Assembly: GCA_024137785.1 (NCBI GenBank)
Contig: JAHRHZ010000085.1
Location: 2,902,975-2,954,017 of the forward strand
DNA from: Ginglymostoma cirratum
Lineage: Eukaryota
Length of the DNA stretch: 51,043 nt
Reading direction: 5' to 3'
Shown: positions 1 through 12,686 of the stretch, in pieces
How positions within the stretch are numbered: the stretch's first letter is position 1
Layout of the letters: each line of letters begins with the position of its first letter
Translations under genes and position numbers: made by a program
The notes under the pieces: generated by a model
Seen by the model: only the letters and a program-made list of their open reading frames with translations
Told to the model about the DNA's origin: nothing
Database searches by the model: none

Positions 1-426
1 TTTCAGATAGACGTGGTCCTGGATTTGGAAGGAGCTATCTCAGAATATTTAGTGAATTTCTGCAGTGCATCTTGTAGAAATTGACAACGTGCTGTGTCAA
101 AACATCACTGCAGCCACCCATCCTGTATGTGCTGATTTGTCAACAACAGAATGTGCTTGTGCACAGAGTAGTCCCAATGAAGACAGTATCCCAAACAACG
201 GATTTTCTGATGAAGGGTTTAGGCCCGAAACGTCAAGTTTTCCTACTCCTATGATGCTGCTTGACCTGCTGTGTTCATCCAGCCCCATGTTTGTTACAAC
301 GGATTGTTGTTTTTTGCTCTCTTTGCTTCGATTTAGGACCCCAGCTGCACATTGGATTACTTCACGCCCAATCACATTAAACAATTCCATCGATTTATTT
401 CGCGATCACATCACAAGTTACCGATT

Positions 427-725
427 GGGTGGCATGGTGGCACAATGTTGGCTCAGAGCACCAGGGACCCAGGTTCGATTCCAGCCTCAGGCGAGAGTCT
501 GCATGGAGGTTACACATTCTCCTCGTGTCTGCCCGAGTTTCCTCCAGGTGCTCCGGCTTCCTCCCACAGTCTAAAGATATGCAGGTCAGGTGGATTGGTA
601 ATGCAAAATTACCTGATGTGAAAAGAATCGGTGGGTGAGCCTGAGCAAATGTGAGGTTACGTGGGTTCGATGGGATGCTCTTCGGAGGGTCTTAGATGAG
701 CTACAAGACCACTCGTCGCGCTGTA
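427..725 (+). mobile_element. tRNA-derived V-SINE (HE1-like)
   Basis: GGCATGGTGGCACAATG...GGTTCGATTCC A/B boxes, then the V-domain 'TTTCCTCCAGGTGCTCCGGCTTCCTCCCACAGTCTAAAGATATGCAGGT'. Confidence 0.85.
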
Positions 726-2889
726 ACTGTGATATGAATCAAAGTCAGGAGCACTTTATACAGAGTTTGGACGACACTAGGGTTTATTAAATAATTGATA
801 TAAATTGATGAATATTTACCCTGGTCCATTGGGTAGGATCTTTTTCAAAGGGTCAGTACAGACTCGGTGGAACGAATGGGCTCTTTCCGAACTGTCGGGA
901 TTCGAAGTTGTTGACTCGTCTAAAATGAAAGTGAACATTCAGCTTTAGCTTATCTCTAAAAGAATAGACGAAGTCCGCACGTGTTCAAAAGATGCTATTT
1001 TTCCTTGGAATGTTGATGTCGACTTATTCAATAAGTCTCGCACTGCATACACCCATTAGTTTCCAACGTAAGAGCCTCATGTGAGAAATGTATCATGATG
1101 CTTCGAAGACAGCTGCTACATTGAAATGGTAATTGAAAGGGTCTTTGGTCATTCAGTGACAATGTACAAGCACATCATATTCGGAAATAAACTGAAGTCA
1201 CTTCAAAACACATAGGCTTTTTTTTTATCTTTTTACGCACAACGCATGAGCAGAAACGCTAAATAGACTGTTCGTTCCACTGACTCAGAGAGCAGCCAAT
1301 GAACCAGCGACATTTCGGTTTATTGTGCAATTCGTCCCACTCAGCCGACCGGACAAGCAAGTGGAAACATTCTCGAGTTCACCTCAGGTCACGAAATACA
1401 ACTTCCCTCTACTGCAGGTTTCATACTTCTATTAAAAAGTTCCAAACACTTTTATTTCACACTCTCGGGTTTGATCAGTTTTCGCTTTGGGTGTTCGTAT
1501 TTCGTAATGATAAAGAGCACAATAGCTGGCGCCCTTTGCTCTGCACACAAAACATACGACCACCAGTGGATCAGCTCAACACAGCATTTCTCGAATTTGA
1601 GAATTGATGAAAGCAGCTCAATTATTGAAGATCAGGGCTTCAGGGCCACACACATGTTTATCCGTTGGTCTTTCCGCACAGCCGCAGACAAACACCTGTC
1701 TGACAATATGGACAAGTGTTCGTTCCGTCCTGTCCCAAACAAACACAGAAAGGAGGGTCACTGGACTCGAAACATTAACTCGGTTTTCTCGCCACTGAGT
1801 TTCTCCCGCGATGTATGTTTTTGTTTCAGATCTCCAGTATCCGCAGCTCTTTGATGTCTGGTCCCAAAATTAGAGCAGGAGCTCATTACAGACAATTAAC
1901 TTCACAGATTCTACTCTCATGCATAATTCATAATGAAGAATGTTTAATGTAACAATGCCATGAGCAATCCAATGCATTAATATCCCGTGATTTTTTTTAT
2001 TTTTATTTTCTGCCCGGCTCTTCATGTTATTTCCAGACATCATTATCTGGTTGCTTTTTGAAATGAAACTGACAAGACAACATTTATTGTCATGCTTTCA
2101 CGGAATGTGGACGTTGTTGGCTCGACCAGTATTTATTGGAAACACCTAAATGCCCCTGAGAAAGCCGTCTCGGGCTGCCTTCTTAATCCGCTATCGGCAA
2201 CATGGCGCAGATACACGGAGTGAGCATTTGGGGAGGGAATACAGGAGGGTTTCAGAAACAGGGCAGGGGATTGCTCTGTGTTGATTCATGTCGTTGCTTG
2301 GAAGTGCATTACTTCTCACTAAACAGTCGAATTCAAGAGTTTGCTGAAATCTCGCTACTTGCCTGAATGGCTGCAGCTCCCACAGAACTGAGAAGGACGG
2401 CATCAGGATAAAGCAGTGAAACTGACAGACAAGACATTCATTGTCTTCAAGCTTCAAGAAAGAAACTCTGTCTCTGAGATTAATTGTCAGAGATTCCTCA
2501 TAAACAAAATGTTATTCACTATTATGTGTTTGCACTGGATATGTTAATTGAACTTGTCTCAATTGACATCTAAAAGCGGTTTGTAACCAAAGAGCAGGTG
2601 CAGACTGAAACAATCACTGATCTACAACTTTACACGCATTCCATGACCATGGTGATGTCTTGGATTTGATGGATTTCTGAGCGAAATATTCAGTGCAGCG
2701 TCTTCGTGAACGTCAGTGGGTGTCTCCGCCACGGAAAGTGGAAACTTTGTACTACGGCTCTCCGAAACATGAGCAAAATTCAGCAAACCCACATCATTCA
2801 CCAACCGGCGTGCCAGCAACCTCACTTAATGAGACAGACCGCTCCCTGCAAGACATGTCAGAAATCACACTGCTCCAGGTTATCGTGCA

Positions 2890-3128
2890 ACAGGTTTAAT
2901 TGTAATGACAAGCTTTCGAAGCGCTGCATTTCACCTGAAGAAGGAGCAGCGCTACAAATGCTTGTGATTTCAAATAAACCTGTTGGACCATAATATGAGA
3001 TAACAGGTGCAGAGTTGGATGAAAACAACAGGCCAAACAGCATCAGAGGAGCAGGAAGGCTGACGATTCGGGCCTTGTTGTGTGACTTCTGACTTTGTCC
3101 GCCCCAGTTCAACGCCGGCACCTCCACC
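2890..3128. mobile_element. Penelope-type short repeat with a nested second fragment (about 2996-3074) found only in copy A
   Basis: 'cacctgaagaaggagcagcgc...aaataaacctgttggac' plus inserted 'gagataacaggtgcagagttggatgaaaac...', which is absent at ~35575. Confidence 0.6.
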
Positions 3129-3289
3129 GCAAGAAATAAGAACATTGTGTTTTTACACAATTAAGTCATTGATCTAACAGCCACGGCAAAGATTCATTAA
3201 GTTGAATGCACGATTTACGTTAGTTATTGAATGAGCCCTGGTATCTTTCAAACCCAAAATAAATTACTAACGCCTTTGAGTCACAGCGC

Positions 3290-3570
3290 AGTGCCTCTAA
3301 CCTCTGAAGAGCATCCCACCCTATCCCTGCTACCCCACCACACCGCCACCCGGCATTCCCGCTGCTAAACCGCCTTTGCCTGCATATCCCTGTGCACTGC
3401 GGACAATGACCAATCCACCGGACCCGCACATCTTTGGGCTGCAGGAGAAAACGGCAAAATCCTACTCAGACACGGGAAGAATGTGCAGACATGACACAGA
3501 CAGTCACTATCTGGAACACGGATCCCTGGCACGGGGATTCAGCAGTGCCAACGACTGAGCCACCGTGCCA
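3290..3570 (-). mobile_element. V-SINE (HE1-like)
   Basis: Ends in 'ctgagccaccgtgcc', the reverse complement of the SINE head; counterpart at 35800-36090. Confidence 0.85.
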
Positions 3571-4107
3571 ATGAAACATGTGTTTCCTTTGAAAGGTCCT
3601 CAGTTGTATCCTGTGGCTGAATTGAAATTCAGAGAAAAATGTTCTCAAAGAAAGGACATTATCGTTATGCGGACCCGGGTAAAATAATCGAAGGATGAAG
3701 TTTTGTATTGGTCCGGCCGATATTGCACCCAGGTCCGGTGAGTCATGTGAATGGCTACGGACTCTGACAGTAGCTTCACCTTCTGGGCCGAGATTCTGTT
3801 ATGACTGCAGTTGTCTATCTGTGTTATCATTTCCGCTCACTGTTACCGCAAGAAGATGTTATATGCAAACGCATGCATGTTGTCCACTCGGCGAGGAATT
3901 AGTCACGTGCTTCTTGACTTCATCTCGACGCAAGTGCTTAAAATCGATGCATAACTGATTTTACAATAAGCCTTCATTAGTTCTCTTTTTATATTCAATA
4001 TATGATCTGCCAGATTTTCTTTGCCACGATGCGAATGGATCATCTTGGAACTTATGTTTGTTGAATATTTCGTATCTAGGTACATGTTTCTTCTTGCAGT
4101 GTTTGAA

Positions 4108-4216
4108 ATGTTCTTTATCAAGACGGAAGAATCATTGAACTCATATTTGACGGATAATCGGAGACTTTACTCGCTTGTATTTCTCGTCAGTTTTGCTTGT
4201 CCTACGAATCCTCTCG
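4108..4216 (+). pseudogene. Copy A leader (signal-peptide) exon
   Basis: ATG at 4108, ...RRLYSLVFLVSFACPTNPL, then a phase-1 G|GTAAGT donor at 4216/4217; the start codon is uncertain. Confidence 0.65.
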
Positions 4217-4376
4217 GTAAGTGTAAATAAAATGCGACAATTCGGTTTGAGGAGAAATTCAGATCGTGGAGCAGAATTCAAAGAGCAAGGCATGCTAATT
4301 TGCTGCTGTGTGTGTATTGAATTAATTATGTTATTTCATGTTGCAGTTCATATTCCCTGTATTCTTTTGTTAACAG

Positions 4377-4688
4377 CTCCTGTGTGCCCTTAGGACAATG
4401 TTGCTGCGGATATTATGCAAGTAAAGGCCCTGATAAATGCAACAGCTATCCTCCGATGCCTTTTCTCCTTCGAACTCATCCTTTCAAACACTGAGGTTTT
4501 CTGGTGGCGAGAAAGTCATCCGACGGTTCTGAAAGAAGGCAGCAGAAAACTCTTCAAAGTCATGAAACGTAGAGCATACCTCCATCTCTTCAATGTGACT
4601 GTCCTGGACGCTGGAACATATTACTGTAGAGCCAAAACTCAGCAACAAAAGGGTTCTGAGAAACAAGCTACTCAACTTGTTGTCTACG
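4377..4688 (+). pseudogene. Copy A Ig V-like exon (312 nt)
   Basis: taacag| acceptor; ILRC...VFWWRE...LHLFNVTVLDAGTYYC; G|gttagt donor; in-frame TAG at 4391-4393 (TTG in copy B). Confidence 0.9.
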
Positions 4689-5384
4689 GTTAGTGTCACC
4701 CTCGTAAACGTTACATCTTGGTTCCAGTGCGCAGTGAATGCGAGTTAGCAGTTACATTTTCTTAAATACATACAGTGAATATAAAATCGCTCACTTCTTC
4801 GGAACGACGTGTTCAATAATGTGATTAAAAAAGAAAGCATCACCAGCGACACTATGCACTTAAGATATTGCACTGTATCAGCAAATGGTATTTCAATTTG
4901 TGTTGCATAGAAAGCTAATGCAAGACTTCCATGTGAAACACTTTTTACAATTTAAGCATGGAGTAACAGAATGTATTGTCTCGAGGTTACCGGCAATATT
5001 AAGCACTTTAAACGTCTTTTCATTTTCAACTTTGAAAAACCAAATTCTTATTCCCCTCGTTTGGACTGCTGCTGTCTCATTTTCAATGATTCAGTTCCCA
5101 AACTCCTGATTGCAAGGAATCTACGGTATGAAAACTCAAACATATTAGTAAGAATTAACATGGATACGACGTAGTATTCAATTTTGCTGAACGTACAGGT
5201 GATGTATCAATTGCATTAGGAGGTCGCTACATGATAAAAGTAATAGCAACCCCGACCAATTTAAAAATGACGATCAATGCAGCTGCCATACCCTGAAGTA
5301 ACAATTGGTTAGTTCATGAAATCGTTTAAGTTTTGGGATAGAAGTCCAATGTCCACATTTATGTGAATTTTATTGACAGTGCTG

Positions 5385-5680
5385 CTTCACCAGCTCCACT
5401 AAAATTGTATTGATCCGTTCCGAAGACGATTCATTCAAGCTGCAATGCAGGACATCTGGCTTTTATCCGGAAGACTTTAACCTTATTTGGCACAGAAAAG
5501 GTACACAAATTTTCACCGGTTTTGGAAATGTAACACAGGCAAAAGGAGAGGGACTTTATGAAGTGGTCAGCTCCTTGGATGCGCCAAAGATACCTGAAAG
5601 TGACACAGTCTACATGTGTCAAGTATACCACGTTTCGAGCTCATTTCCAGTAAATGCCAGGTGTACCATGAAGAAAGAAG
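5385..5680 (+). pseudogene. Copy A Ig C1-set exon
   Basis: LQCRTSGFYPEDFNLIWHRKG...GLYEVVSSL...VYMCQVYHVS; G|gtaaga donor; acceptor mutated (tgcag to tgctg); 1-nt deletion near 5404 relative to copy B. Confidence 0.9.
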
Positions 5681-6024
5681 GTAAGATTCTATGACACGTT
5701 GTGCGTTAATCTTTCAGACATTGTTTAAAAAGGTTGACAAAATAGAAAGTGATTACTACAGTCATTTGCCTCTGATTCTGTCAATCCCGAAATTTGACAT
5801 TATTTCATGGTTAAAGTTTTCCTTTCTTCAACTTATTCAGAACGTTTTCAGACTATTGTCAGGTGAGGTACTGCCAAAAGTGAATATTCGTCATTGAGAA
5901 GTCCCATAATTTTAATCACACACACAATGTTGCAACTCATTTCCGAAGATACATTCAGCGCTAAATTCAATAATTGGATACTTTAAAGAGGTACAATGAG
6001 ATAGAGAGGAAAATCAGTCAATAA

Positions 6025-6670
6025 ATGTGGAGCTGGAGAAACACAGCAGATCTGCGAGCGTCCGAGGAGGAGGAAAGTGAATGTTTCGGTTCGAAATGTT
6101 AACTTTCCTGCTCCTCGGGTGCTGTCTGACCTGCTGTGTTTTTCCACTCCCACATTCATTGATTCCAGCTTCCAGTATCTGCAGTGCTTACCGTCTGCGA
6201 GAGGAGTATCATCAGGTTATACAGAACAAAAAAGCCCTTTGGTCCATTGCTTGCAGCCCACCTATTTTCACTAATCACACTTCCCAGCACTTCGCCCATA
6301 GCCTTGAATGTTGTGACATTTTAATTGCTCGTCCACGTACATTTCTAAAAGGTTTCCGACCTGCACTACCCTCCCAGGCAGTGCATTCCTGATACCCAAC
6401 ACACTCTCGCTGAAAAATAAATCCTCCATTTCGCTCTAAACCTCTTGCCTTTCCCTCTACAATTATGACCTCAGGTTATCAACCTTTCAACTAAAGCGAA
6501 CAGTTACTTTTAATCCACCCTGTCCCTGCCTTCATAATCGTATACTCCTCAATCAGGGCTCCCCTCAAGCTTATCTGCTCTAAAGAAAACAATCCTTTCT
6601 TCTACAGAAATTTCACAGCTAAAATGTTCCAAACCAGACAGCATCCTTGTGAATCTCCTCTGCACCCTCC
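6025..6670 (-). mobile_element. Penelope-type fragment followed by a CR1/HER1 LINE 3' fragment
   Basis: 'ttcctgctcctcgggtgctgtctgacctgctgtg'; CR1-like 'ccttgtgaatctcctctgcaccctc' and 'ccctcccaggcagtgcattcc'. Confidence 0.7.
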
Positions 6671-6766
6671 CTCATTATCAAATATTTCACATTGTTAGGC
6701 CGAAAGTATCTAACGGATCCTTTTAAGGTGTGATTGAAATGATAGCATGAAGACGCGCACTTATTA

Positions 6767-7106
6767 TGTAGTTAATTTTTTCGGTTAATACTTCATTCCT
6801 ATGTGAATTAATAGTTGATATTTTAAATTATGGATATATATGTTAAAGTCAAATGGTTAGGTTACTCAGATATATGTCTAAAAAGTAATTCTCATAATGC
6901 CTTTTGAACTCAGCAGGAACTTTGGCGATTCTGTTTCCCACTCAGCCAAGGTCATGCAGTTACCTCCCAGCCAACAAAGTCCGTTTTTATACTGACCCTG
7001 AAATTTTCCAATTGTCTTCAATTGCTGATTTCCATGTGTAATTATCCCTTAATGATTGACCCTGAACGGAATGGTTTGAAGATGCCACTTTTCAGCCCAC
7101 ACTACA
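6767..7106 (-). repeat. ERV 3' LTR, copy A (internally deleted)
   Basis: Shares 'ttgtcttcaattg...catgt...taatta.ccct' and the terminal 'cactaca' with 12687-13458; lacks the ~230 nt seen at 39430-39660. Confidence 0.65.
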
Positions 7107-7109
7107 GAA

Positions 7110-9480
7110 CATTCATTGATGTCTTCAAAATAGATTATCAAACCTTATACACGCATATACATTATGCTCAATAGCTACACTTTCGCTATACATGCTGTAT
7201 AGTTTGCTGGCCATTACACAGGGACAGGAAAACGAGAAGCAAACAGTGATAAATAATACAAACAGTTGGATACCATAAGAGTGAGAGTACTGCTGAAGCT
7301 TTTGGCGACTACCCGTTAAATATGACTCACTAATGATGCATGGTATGGGTTCCTAAATCGTCTGCTTTGTGAATCAATTAATCATGGCTGTAAGTCATGG
7401 CAGTTGCTTGCTGGAAGAATCCATGGTGTACTGTTGACAAGTGAGAACTACTCTGCTGATGCTTGATGAGGAAAGCCCGCAATTTCTTAAATATCACATG
7501 TGGAGGTACCCCACGCGATACACATTTACCGCCTCCCATTCTTTGATTTTGTCGTGTTTATATCTAATTTCATCAGAGATGACAGATATTTTGTCTCGAA
7601 AGAAGTTGGAAGATAGTTCCAGAGATAGTAGAAATTGCAGATGCTGGAGAATCTGAGATAACAAGGTGTAGAGCTGGATGAACACAGCAGGCCAAGGAGC
7701 ATCAGAGGAGCAGGAAGGCTGACGTTTAGGGCCTCGACCCTCCTTCAGAAATCGGGTAGGAATATGGGGTTCTGAAATAAACAGGGAGAGAGGCGGAGGC
7801 GGATAGAAAATGAATATAGGAGAAGGTAGGTGAAGCGGAGACAGACAGGTCAAAGAGGCGGGGATGGAGCCAGTAAAGATGAGCGCAGGTGGAGAGTTAG
7901 GGAGGAGATAGGGCAGTGCAGGGAGGATGGACAGGTCAAGGGGGTGGTGTGAGGTTAGTGGGTAGGTGATGGGGGTGGGGGTTGAGGTGGGAGGAGGGGA
8001 TAGGTGGGAGGAAGGACAGGTTAGGGATGCGGGGACTAGCTGGACTGGTTTCGGGATGCGATCGGGGGAAGGGAGATTTTGAAGCTTGTGAAGCCCGCAT
8101 TGATCCCATTGGGCTGCAGGGATCCCAAGCAGAATATAAGTTGCCGTTCCTGCAACCTTTGGGTGGCATCGTTGTGGCACTGCAGGAGGCCCAGGATCGA
8201 CATGTTGTCTGAGGAATGGGAGGTGGAGTTGAAATGGTTCACGACTGGGAGGTGCAGTTGTTTAGTGCGAACTGAGCGTATGTGTTCTGCAAAGCGGTCC
8301 CCAAGCCTCTGCCTGGTTTCCCTGATGTAGAGGTGGCCAAAACGGGAACAAAGCAACCAAAAAATAATACCCCTCATCCTCACGTACCACCCCACCAACT
8401 TTTCAGGCATTTTCTGAAGAAGGGTCCCGACCCAAAACGTCAGCTTTCCTGCTCCTCTGTTGCTGCCTCGCCTGTTGTGTTCCTCCAAGTCCACACTGTG
8501 TTATCTCAGACTCCAGCATCGGCAGTTCTTACTAGCTCTGAGTGAAATATTTCCCCACCTTTGCGCCATATTACAATCATCCAGTAAATTGGCCTCAACC
8601 ATTTGGTTCCGGCACTCGTACTGTCTACATTAACTATAAGATAGCGGAACTATTTGCCATAACCAGCTCCACACTCTGTTATCTTGAGAAAGAGAAGTGG
8701 CATATCAGGTCTTTTGGCTATTGTTCCCAGTGGGTGTAAATTGTTTTTATCCAGCCATTTGCCATAAAACACAGGTGTCCACGGCTTATCCGCAACAGAT
8801 GAGGGAGGGTGATAGACTGGCACTATAGTTACTGCTATGTAGTATTTTTTAAAAATCAGCATGACATACTCTGACAGCTTAATTACTCGACAACAAATCA
8901 GGCATAAGCGCTAAGTTAGTTACGGGGAGGTGGAATCATTGTTTCTAAATCAACAGGAGTCCGGATTGTAATAAATTGGTTTCTTGACGTCTTTGTGCAT
9001 TTTACAATGTATTAGATTAGCTTTCGGCACGAAGATTTATTTCGGTGTGATGCATTTCGTGAACGGTGCTATTAACAAACTTCCAAACCTTGTCGGTGAA
9101 AAACCAATTTGGTAAATCTCTGTGGGCTAATGGTTTGGCCCACACAGCAAGTAGTTTATTCGCTTTCTTAGTTACTTGCCCAGCTTTAGCAATTCTATTT
9201 TATATTGTCTCAATACCCATGGAAGTGAATACGCCTATACCAACCTCTGCTCAACCCAGAATAGCGACGGGTACATTTCTCCTGCCTCGCTTCTGTAATG
9301 TTGATCGTGTGTCTACCGAGGGGCAGTGGGAAATTTATTTATTTACATTGGTTATCTCCACTGTCACGGTTAAAACAAAATTCGGTTTCATGTACAGGTG
9401 TAATACAACTACTGAATACGGGGTAACTGTATGAATTCATGGCTCAGCACAATAATTCCCAAGATGGTTTACTCCCCTTT
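7110..9480 (-). pseudogene. Degenerate ERV env
   Basis: Furin site KRGRR followed by fusion-peptide-like NVPVAILG*AEVGIGVFTSMGIETI (~9290-9205); C-terminal HH**VIFNG*SPKASAVLSLLWYP plus hydrophobic anchor (~7340-7215). Confidence 0.75.
7620..8540 (-). mobile_element. Penelope-like retroelement fragment with a GIY-YIG endonuclease relic and inverted termini, inserted in env
   Basis: ORF 8036-8494: GIIFWLLCSRFGHLYIRETRQRLGDRFAEHIRS...PVVNHFN...LGSLQPNGIN; 7630-7752 is inverted relative to 8410-8530; absent from copy B. Confidence 0.9.
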
Positions 9481-9489
9481 ATCTCTGTA

Positions 9490-10400
9490 GCAACATCTCC
9501 CTGAGGCGCTGTCTCCCAAAGTCAGAGTAAGAAACCAGTTCTGTGGTGAGGTGTAATTAGGTTAAAAACTGGAACATAAACAAAGTTGCTGGAAAAGATC
9601 AGCAGGTCTGGCAGCATCTGTGGAGGAGAAAACAGAGTTAACGTTTCGGGTCCGGCGACCCTTCCTCAGAACTGGTAATTAGGTAATTAGGTTAAGTGAG
9701 GGACATGCCTTCTCCAATTACCTAAAATCGCCACAAGGCTTTGGGCCATTTCTTTAGCCGTCTGGGCTTGCACCTAACTGATTTTATCTCTCACTTTGTC
9801 AGGAATCACACTCTCTCCACGGCCCATTGTATTCTCAGCAAAATAACACACCGGCTTGATCCCTGGATTTTTTTATGATTAACTTCCAGCCTTTATTCCG
9901 TAGGTGCTGAGTCAAAGTAGTCTTATCTTCGTCTATTGCTTCCTCTGTAGCGTCACGTAGCAATGTATCATCAATATGAAGGGCTGTTATATCGCTGGAG
10001 AGAGGGAACATCTCCAGATCCTCTCTATTAAACCATGGCAGAGAGTTGGAATGTGCAAGTGGGCCCCTGCAATCTACAAACTGTGTGCTCTCTTCTGTCC
10101 CATGTGAAAGCATATTGATTCTGTGAATTCACATCAAGGAAATGAAAGTATTCAGGAGGTAGATTCCGGCAAAGCACTCATCAGTTCCCAATGACAGTTG
10201 CTCCGGTAATGTTACAATCTCTGGGAGAGCCACTGCCAACGCTGGGGCGTGTTGATTTAACCGTCAGTCATCGACAGTCATTGTCCAGTTACCACCTGTT
10301 TTCTGTACTGTCCACACAAGGCAGTTATACAGGAAGACAGCTGGTCATACAACCTTTGCTTTCACTGACCCTTCAGTCGTGTCTGTGATCTCCTTGTGCC
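9490..10400 (-). pseudogene. Degenerate ERV reverse transcriptase (RNase H/integrase not seen)
   Basis: LAHSNSLPW...ITALHIDDTLLRDATEEAIDEDKTTLTQHLRNKGW; copy B reads ALYIGHILLRGPSEE...HLRDKGWEVNPEKIQRPS, an ERVL-type RT pattern. Confidence 0.85.
9566..9674 (+). mobile_element. Short Penelope-type insertion with duplicated target 'gtaattaggttaa', copy A only
   Basis: Absent at ~41395 in copy B; flanking sequence duplicated. Confidence 0.75.
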
Positions 10401-11950
10401 CTCAATAGTGCTTACCGTTAACAATTCGCGAAGGGAATGGAATGTATTGGGGTTCCCACTCAGCTTTCCCAACTACCGCATTCATCCTTCCTACGCCAAA
10501 TCAGAACTTTCCTGTTGGGTTCCATATTTCCATCCCCCTCACAACATCCATCCCAACTATATTTTCATTTATGCTGCGTATTAAGTCAGATACCATCCGC
10601 GGTGGTGTATTCCCATTGCCAATCGCACCAGTGTCTGTAGCGCCGGTCTTTCTGCTCTATCAAATCTGTTTATACTCATTTTAGTTCCCACATGTATGGA
10701 AGATATTGAACAAGACCACAACGTGCTGTTTATTTCCATTTCTCCAATGAATTGTGATACAGATGTATGGCCTCTCGACCCGAGTCGACTCTCCCTTTTA
10801 GTCACATCTCAGTGCCCTGGCCACTTTCCCAGTCAAGGGGATTACTCACTCGCCATATCTGCTCCAGTTCCTCGCATGTCGGGCACAGAAGGAACTCTGA
10901 TTTATCCTTCTTTTTTTTTCTGGGAAGTAACATCTATATCAAAATTGGCGTCTCACACCATGGAAGGGTTTTAACTCCCCTTTGGTCAATGACTGGATTT
11001 ACAAATCTTCTTCCAGAGGGAACATATAACACTGGTGGCGAAACCATGAATTTTCAGTCTATTTCTGACCTGCCTGTGCCTATTTTCCACAAAACAGAAA
11101 ACATCTCATTTTGCTGATTTTCTTCATTCGCTTCCTGTCCTTCCCTGCGTTTCCCTTGTTACCGCTCTCCTGCATGAGCTTGGCGCACTTCTGCATCCAA
11201 TAAATGTCTAAAGAACATTAAAACTTCACCGCCTGGTCTACTTGATCTGGCTCCAACATTGCCAGCAGCGTCCCTCTGAGATGCGTTGGTCCATTGTACA
11301 TGAGCTGGATTCTCATTGCGTTGTGAAAGCTCCTTGGTCCATCCCTGGAAATTGTTGATGTACAATCCCGTTGGTGCAGCTAACTCCAAAATCGGGCACT
11401 TCCCCGTGATATTGTACGCCACGGGACAGCTTCCTGCTCCCAATCCATGAGTGGTCCAGATACTTAGTTCTCACTGCTATGCGTGCCTAAGCATCTAATG
11501 CTCCTGTTCCCTGTGATCCATGTACAACATTCTGTGTGGCTGTGTATGGAGACAAGGCCCCTCATTATTGAGAGAAACATTAGAAGCCGTAGAGTCCCGC
11601 AGCTGGGTCATCCAAGCTCCCAGTACCCTGTTTTGTCCCAAATCCTGTAATTCTGTCAGTTAGTAATCCCGCACAATGCAAGCATGGTGTGGGGCCTGCT
11701 GGCCGTGCCCCTTAGCTGTATTAGTTACTAACGGGCGCGCAAAGGGGCACATTATCACCATTAGGGTCTCCTTCTCGATCAGTCTCCTCGTACTCCAAAT
11801 CGGACGAATATGAGTCCCAGTGATCGGGGACAAGCTGAAGCAAAGAAAAAGGGCACTTTAGCTCGATTCACTTTCCAAATTGTTTTTTTTTCCAGGCTAG
11901 CACACCTTTTGTGCTGCAATGAAGCAAATTTGCAGGTTAGACAGTTTGAC
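10400..11950 (-). pseudogene. Degenerate ERV gag-protease region
   Basis: Protease-like 'RGTGADMA' at ~10850-10875; gag-like 'WEQEAVPWRTI' at ~11410-11442 and 'FPGMDQGAFT'. Confidence 0.6.
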
Positions 11951-12686
11951 CGTCTGTTCTTACCAGACCGGCAGTTAGACACACCATTGTTCTGCCCTTC
12001 TCAAACTCCGATCACTGAATCTGCACTATCAACATCCTTTCCACCCAAGCACTCCAACACCACCCACCCATCATTGTATAAATGCTGCCCACCCCAGACT
12101 TTACCACGACTGATGAAGGGTCGCCGAGACCCGAAACGTCAGCTTGCTCTCTTTCCATGGATGCTGCCTGACCCTCTGTGATTCCCAGTACTTTTTGATT
12201 TTGATGCAGGCTATAGTAGTCTGCTTCTACTCGTCTTTATCTGCTCTTACCCGAGTGGTCCGAGCTGCCCTCGCCAGCGCAGTGGTCAATGTCCCGTTCG
12301 CCAACCTTTAAATCTCGCACCTCCCGGGGCAGCATACGGGAGGCCGCTCAGCAGGATCCACTCCATGTGGGTAATGCCCTTGGTTTGCTTTGGGACACCT
12401 ACCGCCCCCAGACAGCACTTAGTGGCATAAAGTAATCCCTTGGGATTCTGCTCCTAATCCCTTTCCCAAAACTAAGTGGTCCTGCCACAGACGACCGATC
12501 ACTAACTCACTGAACCAATTACTACAGGACCATCCCAGACACAGAATGCTTCCACAGCCAAAGTATCCTTCATTTCCTTCAACATTTTGCTTCGACCCTG
12601 CACGCAGCACCAAATATATTGTTCGGTTGAAAGTACCCAACTGGCGCTTTAAATTCTGGTCACAATGATTACTCGGTGCTTCAATA

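Noticed and set aside
427-500. tRNA-like A/B boxes here and in the other SINE heads
   Set aside because: They are V-SINE heads with no complete cloverleaf, not tRNA genes.
7200-7290. Minus-strand ATG plus hydrophobic stretch (and 24243-24340), first read as leader exons of nested paralogues
   Set aside because: They are continuous with the env-like reading (HH..IFNG.SP...) and are better explained as the ERV Env membrane anchor.
7494-8180. 228-aa proline-rich ORF, the longest in the track
   Set aside because: It reads through the low-complexity Penelope tail into env sequence and is not a gene.
9066-9434. Plus-strand ORF retained in both copies (also 40862-41170)
   Set aside because: It is the antisense shadow of env; lengths differ between copies and similarity is explained by the duplication.
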